NCBI GenBank assembly: GCA_016218825.1
Contig: JACRCV010000056.1
Span: forward strand, 160,416-224,415
Reading direction: 5' to 3'
Length of the DNA: 64,000 nt
DNA from: Deltaproteobacteria bacterium
GTDB taxonomy: Bacteria; Myxococcota; XYA12-FULL-58-9
The translations under genes and the position numbers were made by a program. Of this stretch, positions 47,690 to 56,619 are shown in pieces. The notes under the pieces were generated by a model, which saw nothing but the letters and a program-made list of their open reading frames with translations, did no database searches and was not told the origin of the DNA. The stretch's first letter is position 1. Every line of letters begins with the position of its first letter.

Positions 47690-48877
47690 ATGAAGCGACG
47701 GGATTTCGTCCTCGGTATGTTGGGGCTCTCTGGGACCTCCCTGGCGCTGACCAAGTGGCTCCTGGCTTCACGCCGGGTCACCCCCGCGGAGTGGCTCGGC
47801 TCGCCCTACCCGCTGGTCAAGGTGCCGGGCGCCGGCGAGATGTATCAACTGTGGGATCGCCCGCCCCTCTACGAAACGCCGGTGTCGAAGCTCGTGGGCA
47901 CGAAGAACCCGCCCTTCACCGACACTGATCACTACTACATTCGTTGGCGGGAGGCCGACCTCAAGCCGCTGGACCCGGATGCCTTCAGGCTCACCATCAC
48001 CGGCGAGGGTGTGCCCAAGCCGGTGACGCTCACGCTCGCCGACATCAAGAACTTCCCCAAGATCGAGCGCGGCGCGGTTGGCATGTGCGGCGCCGCCGGC
48101 TTCGGCCTCATTCGCCCCCGACGACCGGCGCCACCGTTCACCAAGGGCGATCTCTCGTGTGCGCTCTGGGGAGGCGCCAGCTTGCGGGCCATTCTCGAGG
48201 ACGTCGGCGCTCGACCGGAGTTTGGAGTGCTGACCGCCAAGTCGGCGGTGAAGATCATCTCCAACAAGCACCCCACCTACATCAGATCCGTCCGCATGGT
48301 GGACGCCACCGGAGCGAACACCCTGCTGGCCTACGAGATGAACGGCGAGGCGCTGCCCTTCTGGCATGGTGCGCCCCTGCGACTGGTCATCCCCGGGGTC
48401 ATAGGACCGAACTGGGTCAAGCAGCTGGTAGAGCTGGAGGTGCGACGGACCCTGGCGCCCCGAAGTTGGTACCAGAAGGCCACCGGCTTCGGCCCCGATG
48501 TTCCCAAGATGGGCGTCAAGACGTTCTCGCTGGTCCTCTCGCCGCTCGACGGCGAGCGGGTGCCGGTGGGTGCGCCGGTGGACGTCATGGGCATCGCCTT
48601 CGACTCGGGGCAGGGGATCGACCGCGTGGACGTCAGCGCCGACAACGGTTGGAGCTGGCAGGGCGCGGAGCTCGGTCCCCAGCCCGACGCCTACGTGTGG
48701 CGGAAATGGAAGACGTCGTTCACCCCCACGACGGCCGGTCGAATCAACGTCATGTCGCGGGCGACCTCCACGAACGGCGAGACCCAGCCGCTCGACGCCT
48801 GGCCGAACATCCAACACGAAGGCGGGCACCGTAACAACTCGAGCCGGACCTTCGCGACGACGTTCGAGGTCGTGTGA
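47690..48877 (+). CDS. Tat-exported sulfite-oxidase-family molybdoenzyme (SorA/SorT-like)
   Basis: MKRRDF Tat signal; PPLYETP, YYIRW, Mo-ligand Cys in GMCGA, LAYEMNGEALPFWHGAPLRLVIPG..GPNWVK; dimerisation domain GIAFDSG, VDVSADNG. Confidence 0.85.
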   Translation: MKRRDFVLGMLGLSGTSLALTKWLLASRRVTPAEWLGSPYPLVKVPGAGEMYQLWDRPPLYETPVSKLVGTKNPPFTDTDHYYIRWREADLKPLDPDAFRLTITGEGVPKPVTLTLADIKNFPKIERGAVGMCGAAGFGLIRPRRPAPPFTKGDLSCALWGGASLRAILEDVGARPEFGVLTAKSAVKIISNKHPTYIRSVRMVDATGANTLLAYEMNGEALPFWHGAPLRLVIPGVIGPNWVKQLVELEVRRTLAPRSWYQKATGFGPDVPKMGVKTFSLVLSPLDGERVPVGAPVDVMGIAFDSGQGIDRVDVSADNGWSWQGAELGPQPDAYVWRKWKTSFTPTTAGRINVMSRATSTNGETQPLDAWPNIQHEGGHRNNSSRTFATTFEVV

Positions 48878-50088
48878 TGGGCGCCCAATCTCCTGCTGCG
48901 CGTCGCCCTCTGGTCGCCGCGGTCCTGGTCGGATCGCTGGGCATCGCCGGGGGATGTCGGGAGTCGGATCGCCCGGTCTCCGGCCCGCCCCCCTACGTCC
49001 GTGAGCTCAAGCCCGGAGAAGGGAAGCTGCATGTGGAGAGCGCGTGCCTGTCGTGCCACAACGCGCGCACCATCATCACCCTGGAGGGCATGACCAAAGA
49101 CTGGTGGCGGTTCGACGTCTGCAAGATGCGCCACACCTTCGGCGCCGAAGTAAGCGACGTCGATACCGCCAAGATCATCAAGTACCTCGAGGACAACTAC
49201 AGCTGGCCGGATCCGGTGGAGGACCGCGAGCGCACCGGGACCGACGTGATCGAGCGTGTGTGTTACCAGACCCCCGAATCGGTGCTCTACCACGCCCCTG
49301 AGGACGTCTATCTGGTCTCGAATATCAACGGCAGCCCGCTCGGCGTCGACGGCGACGGCTTCATCAGCAAGATCGCCGCCGACGGCACCGCCCTCGATCT
49401 CACGTGGATCAGCGGCGAGCGCGAAGGCACGGTCCTCAACGCCCCGAAGGGCATGGCGATCCAGGGTTCGACCCTCTACGTCGCCGACCTCACCGTCGTG
49501 CGCAAGTTCGACCTCCGGACCGGTGGGCCGACGGGCAACATCCCCATTCCCGGAAGCACCTTCCTCAATGACGTTTGTGAGGGGCCGAACGGTAGTGTCT
49601 ACGTCACCGACACCGGGTTGAGCGGAAACACCGAGGGTTTCGTGAACACCCGGACCGACGCGGTGTACCGCATCGAAGCAGACGACCGTTACCGGGCGAT
49701 CGCAACCGGGACCGTCCTCGGGCAACCCAACGGCTGCGTCGCGGTGCCCGGCGGCCTGGTGGTGGTCACCTTTGGGTCAGGAGAGGTCTATCGGCTCGAC
49801 GACGACGGCACCCGCCACCCGATGCCACGACCGCCGCGCGGCGTCCTCGACGGCGTCGTCGCGCTCGGTGACGGCCGCTTGGTGATCTCCAGCTTCGGTG
49901 GCCAGGCGATCTACATCCTCCGCCACGACCAGACCTACGAAGCGCTGGCGCCGCTCGTCGACAACCCCGCCGACATTGCCTGGGACCAGAAACGCGGCCG
50001 CATCGTGGTGCCGCAGTTCATGAAGAGCCGGGTGGTCTACTTCAACCTCGACGGCGCGACCGCTGGAGCGACCCCGACGGGACCGTAG
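48877..50088 (+). CDS. Lipoprotein: monoheme cytochrome c (SorB-like) fused to an SMP-30/gluconolactonase-type beta-propeller
   Basis: TGATG overlap with the Mo enzyme; lipobox IAGGC; CLSCH and KM...FGA; then PESV, YLVSNING, DGFISK, LNAPKGM, FLNDV, PNG, LDG, PADI. Confidence 0.8.
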   Translation: MGAQSPAARRPLVAAVLVGSLGIAGGCRESDRPVSGPPPYVRELKPGEGKLHVESACLSCHNARTIITLEGMTKDWWRFDVCKMRHTFGAEVSDVDTAKIIKYLEDNYSWPDPVEDRERTGTDVIERVCYQTPESVLYHAPEDVYLVSNINGSPLGVDGDGFISKIAADGTALDLTWISGEREGTVLNAPKGMAIQGSTLYVADLTVVRKFDLRTGGPTGNIPIPGSTFLNDVCEGPNGSVYVTDTGLSGNTEGFVNTRTDAVYRIEADDRYRAIATGTVLGQPNGCVAVPGGLVVVTFGSGEVYRLDDDGTRHPMPRPPRGVLDGVVALGDGRLVISSFGGQAIYILRHDQTYEALAPLVDNPADIAWDQKRGRIVVPQFMKSRVVYFNLDGATAGATPTGP

Positions 50089-50090
50089 CC

Positions 50091-52286
50091 CTACTCCACC
50101 ACATCGACCAAGAGCATGGTCATGTCGTCTTCCTGCGGCGTGTCCTCGGGCCGCAGGCGATCGACTTGATCCATGATGTGCTTCGCGGCGTCCTCGATGC
50201 CCATGCCCGCGGTCTCGAGCAGGAAGGCGCGCAGCGCTCTAATGCCGGTGGCCTTGGTCTTGCGGATCGCCTCGAACTCGTACAACCCGTCGGTGAACAT
50301 GAAGATCCGGGTGCCCGGCAGCTTCGGGATCTCGAGGTGGCCGATCTGGAGCTCGGGCGCCAACGCCAGCGGCGTACCGCGAACCGCCCTGCCCTGCACC
50401 CGCCGGTCCGGGTCCAACACCAGGAGCATCGGCGCGCCGCCGTTCCACCAGTGGATGACGCTCTCGTCGTGCGGCATGTCGAGCAGCGACATCGTCATGT
50501 GGTAGTGACCCTGGGCGGTCACCAGCAGCTCGTCGTGCATCTCTTTGAGCTGCTCTTCGACCGACAGCTCCGGCATCATCCGCCGCAGAATGCGGTAGAC
50601 GCTCTCGGTCGCCGCGGTCACCATCGCCGGCCCCGGGCCGTGGCCGGAGACGTCGCCGACCGCGACCCGCACCGAGCCCTGGTGGTCGTCGAACCACCAC
50701 CAGTCACCGCCGCACTCGTCGGCGGCGCGGCAGAAGCCATGGATGACGAGCCCCTCGGCCCGCATGGTCTTGTGCTTGGGCTGGAACATCTCCTGGACGG
50801 CGGCGATCAGCGCCATGTCCTTCTTGTAGGCGGCCTCGAGGCTCTTCTTGCCGGCCTCGACCAGCTGGGTCATCGCGAGCTTCTCCTGGATGATCGCCTG
50901 CAGCGTGTTCTGCAGATCGTCATAGGAGCGCGCCAGGTTGGTCAGGGTGACGTTGCCGTGGCCCATGAGCTCGCGGTAGGTCACCTGCGGCGGCACCGGC
51001 AGGCCGCAGGTCTTCGCGACCCGCGCGACGCCCTCGGGGATCGCGGTGAACAGCTGCTCGGCGCCGTCGCGAGCGATCCCCAGCAAGTCGCAGGCCTTGA
51101 ACGCCGCTTGCCGGGTTTGCTCGACGTCGCCGGGCTCGAACATCGCCGCGATCCGCTCCACCACCCACGCCACGAGCGCCAGCGGCTCGCCGCCCGGAGG
51201 CTCATCGTCGTGGTGATGCAGAACGGCCTCGACGACGCCGTGTGGCACGTCCCAGTCGGTCGCGAGCTCCATCACCCGGACGCCGTGCTCGACTTCATTC
51301 GCCGCCCGTTCGCGGATCGGGCGCGACTTCGACGGGCTCAGGCCGATCTCCAGCGCCCCGGTCGGGTCGTGCATCGCCCGCGCCAACAGGCCGGCATCCA
51401 TCAGGAAGCCGGCGGCGACCGCGAAGTTCAGGTCGACGTCCCGCACCCAGTTGCACACCAACGACGCGGTGACCGCGCGCCGCAGCACCAGCGGCAACAG
51501 GTACTCGACCGCGGGGTTGGTCTCTTTGACGAGGTCGAGCACCGAGAGCGCCATGGTGACGGCCTCGACGCCGTCGATCCCGAGCTCCTCGATCACCGCG
51601 TCCGGGTCCTTGGTGACGTCGGTCACCGAGAACAACCGGCTCGCGGTCAACGCCCGGAAACGATTCTCGAAAAGCTTGTCACCCTTCACCAGCTGCTTCT
51701 GCTCGTTGAGCTCGGCGGTGTCGTGACGCGCCGGCTCCGCCGCCGCCCCCGGCTTGCGCTTCACCGCGAGGTTGCTGAGCGCGGTGGACAGCGCCGCGAA
51801 GTTGACCGGCTTCGGCAGCATCAGATCGCCGCCCACCGCCTTGAGCTCGTCCTCGGAGTAGCGCGCGCCGTAGCCGGTCACGAAGATGATCGGCAGCTTG
51901 TCGAGCAGCGGCACCGCCTTGGCGTACTTGGGCTTGCGCGCCTCCGGCAACGTGCCGCGCGCCAGCTTCGTGAGCTCGATGCCGTCCATGTGCGAGCCCT
52001 TGAGCTCGATGTCCATCAACACCGCCGCGAGCTCCTTGCCGCTCTCGGCGAGGATGGCGCAGGCCTCCTGGTCGTTCTTCGCCCACTGCATCGCGAAGCG
52101 CCGCTTCAACACCAGCTCGGTGACCTCCCAGTTCTCGGGCACGTCCTCGACGTAGAGGATCCGTTGGCGCTCGGTCTGTGGCAGCGGCGCCGCCAACGCC
52201 CGGCGCGCCCCGGCGCCGGCGACCGACGCCGGATCGCTCGCGTCCGGGGTGCTCTTGCTGACACTCCATTTGTGGAGCTTCTTCAT
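50091..52286 (-). CDS. Receiver + HDOD-like + SpoIIE/PP2C phosphatase
   Basis: ILYVED/LMDIEL/KP receiver; HDOD-like helical domain with HHHD; GGDWW, GDVSGHG, FTDG, EDDMT PP2C motifs. Confidence 0.85.
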   Translation of the reverse strand: MKKLHKWSVSKSTPDASDPASVAGAGARRALAAPLPQTERQRILYVEDVPENWEVTELVLKRRFAMQWAKNDQEACAILAESGKELAAVLMDIELKGSHMDGIELTKLARGTLPEARKPKYAKAVPLLDKLPIIFVTGYGARYSEDELKAVGGDLMLPKPVNFAALSTALSNLAVKRKPGAAAEPARHDTAELNEQKQLVKGDKLFENRFRALTASRLFSVTDVTKDPDAVIEELGIDGVEAVTMALSVLDLVKETNPAVEYLLPLVLRRAVTASLVCNWVRDVDLNFAVAAGFLMDAGLLARAMHDPTGALEIGLSPSKSRPIRERAANEVEHGVRVMELATDWDVPHGVVEAVLHHHDDEPPGGEPLALVAWVVERIAAMFEPGDVEQTRQAAFKACDLLGIARDGAEQLFTAIPEGVARVAKTCGLPVPPQVTYRELMGHGNVTLTNLARSYDDLQNTLQAIIQEKLAMTQLVEAGKKSLEAAYKKDMALIAAVQEMFQPKHKTMRAEGLVIHGFCRAADECGGDWWWFDDHQGSVRVAVGDVSGHGPGPAMVTAATESVYRILRRMMPELSVEEQLKEMHDELLVTAQGHYHMTMSLLDMPHDESVIHWWNGGAPMLLVLDPDRRVQGRAVRGTPLALAPELQIGHLEIPKLPGTRIFMFTDGLYEFEAIRKTKATGIRALRAFLLETAGMGIEDAAKHIMDQVDRLRPEDTPQEDDMTMLLVDVVE

Positions 52287-52345
52287 TTATGCTCCCGGCG
52301 CCCCGCCAAGGTATCGCGAGGCTCTCGCCTGCTCCGCTGGAGTCG

Positions 52346-53347
52346 TCACATCTCGGGACCGCGCGGCGCCTCGAGCTGTTCGCGACGCTCGAACTCCTGC
52401 ACCACGCGCTGGTAGGCCGAGTCCTCCTGCATGCACAAGGCGCTGTAGGCCACGGTCCAGTTGTGCATGAAATACTTCAGGTCGGCGGCCAGATCCGCGC
52501 GCAGCTCGGCGAGCGTCGGGCTCTCGAACTCGACGCCGACGCCGGCGCGCACCTTGCGCATGCCGGTGTTGCGCGGCGGATCACCGAAGAACGCCCGCCA
52601 GCTGCGCTTGACGGCCGACCCGAAGCCGGTCCCAGGCTCCTGACCCCGGACCTCGATCTCGTAGGGCATGACGTACTCGGTGGCCTGCAGCCCCGAGCCT
52701 TGATCGTTCCGGAACACGCCGCGCTCCCGCCCCTGCTCGTGCGCCTGCTTCAGCGCCGCGCGGAACCGCGCCGAGCCGCCGACGTCGGTGTCGACGTTCG
52801 GGAAGAACTCCATCCGGACTCCCGCCCGCGCCGCGAGCGCCGCCATGCTCTTGTTCATCACCGCCGCCAAGTCCTGGGTGGTGGAGACCTTCTGCAGACA
52901 GACCGCGAAGCCCTCCATCTGCCGTCCCAAGGCGATCAGCATCTCGATGTCCAGAGACGCCCGCAGCCCGGCGCGCACCAAGGTGTGGAGGCGATCCGGC
53001 GTCGCCTCCGACTTGGCGAGGTAGTAGTCGATGTCGTAGTCGTTGAGGATCTTCTCTTCCGGCGCGACGCCCGGCTGCCCGGTGCGCAACACCAGGCGCA
53101 GTGACCGGTCGCAGTGGGCGCGGATGTGGCGACACAGATCGAGACCGGCGTGATCCGTCTCCATCACCACGTCGATGAACGCGACGTTGAAGCTCTTGGT
53201 GGCCAGGATCTGTTGCGCTTCTTTGCCGCTCGCGGCGCTGGTGATCGTGAACTTCTTCTGCCGCCAGCTGCGGTGCTTGAGCGCCAGCTGCGTGATCTGG
53301 TGCACGTCCGGTTCGTCGTCAACTACGAGGATCTGCCAGTTTTCCAT
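52346..53347 (-). CDS. Receiver + GAF-like protein without output domain
   Basis: LVVDDEPDVH, IDVVMETDHAG, LRTGQPGVAPE; alignable to the N-terminal half of the neighbouring hybrid kinase. Confidence 0.8.
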   Translation of the reverse strand: MENWQILVVDDEPDVHQITQLALKHRSWRQKKFTITSAASGKEAQQILATKSFNVAFIDVVMETDHAGLDLCRHIRAHCDRSLRLVLRTGQPGVAPEEKILNDYDIDYYLAKSEATPDRLHTLVRAGLRASLDIEMLIALGRQMEGFAVCLQKVSTTQDLAAVMNKSMAALAARAGVRMEFFPNVDTDVGGSARFRAALKQAHEQGRERGVFRNDQGSGLQATEYVMPYEIEVRGQEPGTGFGSAVKRSWRAFFGDPPRNTGMRKVRAGVGVEFESPTLAELRADLAADLKYFMHNWTVAYSALCMQEDSAYQRVVQEFERREQLEAPRGPEM

Positions 53348-53360
53348 GGTCGCTCCAAAG

Positions 53361-55121
53361 CTACTTCCGCAAGCTGAGGGCCGTCGGCTGCACACTCGCG
53401 CCTTGCACGGGTGCGGTCTTCGGCAGCAGGAGGGTGAACGTTGCCCCTTGTCCCGGTTTGCTGTCAACCCTGATCGAACCGCCCAGGAGATTGGTCACGA
53501 TGTTGTGCGAGATCGCCAGCCCGAGCCCGGTGCCGCCCTTGTTGCGCCCCGAGGTGACGAAGGGCTCGAACATGCGCGGCATCATCTCGGCCGCGATCCC
53601 CTTGCCGAAGTCGCGGTACACCAGCTTCAGCATCGGGCCCTTGTCGCCGTTGGCGTTGCTGAGCGTGATCTCGATCTTGCCGCCGCTCTGGCCCTCGTCG
53701 TAGCCGTAGCGACAGGTGTTCTGGATGAAGTTCACCAGCACCTGCGACAAGTGGCCAGGGTAACCATCCCACTCGAGGTTCGCGTTCGGCTCCTCCACCA
53801 CCGTCGCCTGGATGCTCTGCTTCTTGAGCACCGGCCCCATGGTGTCGACGCAGGTCCGTGCGACCTCGCCGATCGGCGCCAGCACCCGATGATCGGAGAG
53901 CTGCGACGCCGAGAGCTGCTTGAAGTTCTTGATCAGGTCCTGGGCGCGCACCAGGTTCTTGGTGAGCAGATCGGCCGATGACGTCAGGTCCGCGGCCATC
54001 TCCTTGCGCTGCGTCGGGTCGACGTTCTCCCCGGCCAGCTGCTGGGCGAGGTCGACCACCATCGCCCGCGCGGTGTTCGCGACCCCGAGGGGGGTGTTCA
54101 TCTCGTGCGCCACCCCGGTGACCATCGTCGCGATGCTCTGCATGCGCTCGAAGTACATCTGCTCGCGCAACATCCGTTCCTTGGCCAGACGCTCTTGAAG
54201 CCGCAACGTCGAATACGCGATGCGCCAGTTCTCGATGAACAGCCGGGCGTCGGAGGAGAAGTCGTTGATCGCCTTCTCCGAGAAGTACTCCGGCACGATC
54301 TCGGCGTAGAGACCGCCGTTGCCCACCGTGACCTCGCCGGCCTGCCCCTCTTCCTTGCCGGGCTCCTCGACCTTGGTGCAGAACAACTGCACCAAGCTGT
54401 TGTTGGGAAATCCCACCGCCGGGCCGCGGCTGAGGCTGATGTCGGCACCGGGCTTCGCGGTTTCGTGCAGGCCCTTGAGCTTGGCCTGGACTGTGTGAGA
54501 TTCGACCGACGTCTTGCCGGAAAACTGGATCGGGATCGGCGTGTCTACCGAGAGGTCGTAGTAGAACAGGCTCGAGGCGTTGTGCTTCAAGTCCAAGAAC
54601 GCGATGCCCTCGCGCATGAACACCAGCAGATCTTCGAGCGAGGTCACGCGCTGCAGCGCGCGGGTGAAGCTCTGCAGCTGGCGGCCGAACGCCAGCAGCG
54701 TCGAGATGTCCTCGGAGCTGCGCAGGCACGAGCGGATGACCGAGTACAGCTTCTCGGGCGAGGCGTCGGTCTTCTCCATATAGAAGTCGATGTCGTAGTT
54801 GTTGAGCACGGCCTCCTCCGGCGCCATGCCCGGCTGGCCGGTGCGCAACACGATGCGGGCCGACGGCGGACAGTTGCTGCGAATGTACTGACAGAGCTCG
54901 AGGCCGGCGGTGTCGGTCTCCATCACGACGTCGACGATCGCCACCCGGTACTGCGCCGGGTTCTTGCTGATGATCGCCTTGCCTTCCTTCAGGCTCTTGG
55001 CGTGCGCGATCTCGAAGCCCTTCTTCTTCCACTTCTTGCGTCGCAGCGCGAGCTCGGTGACGTTGTGAACGTCTTCCTCGTCGTCGACGACGATCAGCTG
55101 CCAGTTCTGGCCTTCATCCAT
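53361..55121 (-). CDS. Hybrid receiver-GAF-like-histidine kinase
   Basis: VDVVMETD, RTGQPG; VAHEMNTPLG, NFIQNTCRY, DFGKGI, FEPFVT, GGTGLGL. Confidence 0.9.
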   Translation of the reverse strand: MDEGQNWQLIVVDDEEDVHNVTELALRRKKWKKKGFEIAHAKSLKEGKAIISKNPAQYRVAIVDVVMETDTAGLELCQYIRSNCPPSARIVLRTGQPGMAPEEAVLNNYDIDFYMEKTDASPEKLYSVIRSCLRSSEDISTLLAFGRQLQSFTRALQRVTSLEDLLVFMREGIAFLDLKHNASSLFYYDLSVDTPIPIQFSGKTSVESHTVQAKLKGLHETAKPGADISLSRGPAVGFPNNSLVQLFCTKVEEPGKEEGQAGEVTVGNGGLYAEIVPEYFSEKAINDFSSDARLFIENWRIAYSTLRLQERLAKERMLREQMYFERMQSIATMVTGVAHEMNTPLGVANTARAMVVDLAQQLAGENVDPTQRKEMAADLTSSADLLTKNLVRAQDLIKNFKQLSASQLSDHRVLAPIGEVARTCVDTMGPVLKKQSIQATVVEEPNANLEWDGYPGHLSQVLVNFIQNTCRYGYDEGQSGGKIEITLSNANGDKGPMLKLVYRDFGKGIAAEMMPRMFEPFVTSGRNKGGTGLGLAISHNIVTNLLGGSIRVDSKPGQGATFTLLLPKTAPVQGASVQPTALSLRK

Positions 55122-55201
55122 TGTCAACCACCGGTTTCACGTCTTGAGGCAACAACAACGATTCTCGACCGCAACCAAGCTAGCCGACCCGCCGGGTGGA
55201 T

Positions 55202-56410
55202 TCAAGACCGGAGTGGAGCCGATCCTTTGCGCCGCCGTGCCGCCAACCGGGCCGTCAACACCAGGCACAAAACACAGGGAACCAGCAACACCCCGTTCAG
55301 GAGCTCGAAGCCCAACGCCTCGAACATGCCGGCGGTGGTGAGCACCGCGGCGGCCGACACCCCGAAGGCGACGGAGTCGAAGAAGCCCTGAGCCCGCCCC
55401 CGTTCCGCGGCGGTGTGGGTCTCGACGAGGAGGCGCGACGACGCCAAGAAGAGAATGCTCCACCCCACCCCGATCAGGATCATGCCCACCCAGAGGACGG
55501 CGATCGACGCCCCCATGAGCAGCACCACGAGGGCGGCGGTGAGGAGCCCGGCGCCGACGACCATCATCCTCAAGATCCCGAAGCGTTGGAGAAGCGCGCC
55601 GGTCACGAACGACGGCGCGAACATCGCGAACATCCGCCACATCACTATAAAGGAGATGTCTTTGAAGGGAAATCCGAGCTTCTTCATCGCCAGCGACCCG
55701 CCGATCATCGGCACCTGCAGCACGAGCCACGAGACCGCGCCGCCCACGGCGGCGACGACGTAAGCCTCCTGCCTGACGATCACTCCCAGCGGCCGACCGC
55801 CCGCCTTTCCCTCTTCGCTGCCGGCAGCGGGAATGCGCAACCCCCCCAAGAGCGGGATGGTGAGGGCGGTACACACGGCGGTGGCGGCGTAGCAGCCGCT
55901 GTACATGATGGGGTCGAAGGTAGCCCGCGTGAGGTTGGCGAGCGCCGAGCCGGCAAAAGGGGCCACGACCCCTCCGGCCAGAACCAAGGACATCGCCTTG
56001 CTCTTGAACAGCGGCTTCGCGGCGTCCACGGCGGCAAAACGGTACTTCTGCGCGAACGCCAGATAGGTCCCCACCGTCGCGTTGCCCAGCATCAGCACCG
56101 CGAAGCTCCGCCAGAAGATCGCGCCCGCGATCAGCGCCGCTCCGAGGGTGCCGATGGCGGCCCCGGTCATGAAGCCGCGCCGTCGGCCGAGCCGCTGCAT
56201 CAGGTTCGAGGCCGGCATCGAGGTGAAGGCGTTGAACAGCACCGTGAGGCCGTTCGGGATCGTGGCCAGCCAGACCGCCGGCGCCAGCTCGACGCCGACC
56301 AGCGGTCCGGTGCTCCACATGACGGTGTTGCTCGTCATCATGATCGCTTGGCAGAGCGCGAGCACGAGAACGTTGCGCTTCTGGTGCTGGAAGATGTCGC
56401 TCGGTTGCAT
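55202..56410 (-). CDS. MFS transporter
   Basis: MQRLGRRRGF motif A, YRFAAVD, about 12 TM segments. Confidence 0.85.
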   Translation of the reverse strand: MQPSDIFQHQKRNVLVLALCQAIMMTSNTVMWSTGPLVGVELAPAVWLATIPNGLTVLFNAFTSMPASNLMQRLGRRRGFMTGAAIGTLGAALIAGAIFWRSFAVLMLGNATVGTYLAFAQKYRFAAVDAAKPLFKSKAMSLVLAGGVVAPFAGSALANLTRATFDPIMYSGCYAATAVCTALTIPLLGGLRIPAAGSEEGKAGGRPLGVIVRQEAYVVAAVGGAVSWLVLQVPMIGGSLAMKKLGFPFKDISFIVMWRMFAMFAPSFVTGALLQRFGILRMMVVGAGLLTAALVVLLMGASIAVLWVGMILIGVGWSILFLASSRLLVETHTAAERGRAQGFFDSVAFGVSAAAVLTTAGMFEALGFELLNGVLLVPCVLCLVLTARLAARRRKGSAPLRS

Positions 56411-56619
56411 GAGACTCGCGTCAGCGGCCGTGGCGGCGTGGGCAGGATCTCAGCCCCGCGCCGCCGACACCAGGTGGCGCTGACCTCGTACACCCACGAG
56501 ATCCGCCGATCAACCGCCATCGTCCCGTGTCTTCCCATGGGCCCCGGCCCCGACCCCGGCCATCACTCTCGAAAGCTCAACCTTGACACGAACTCCGTCA
56601 TTGGACAGGCTCTGGTCCC

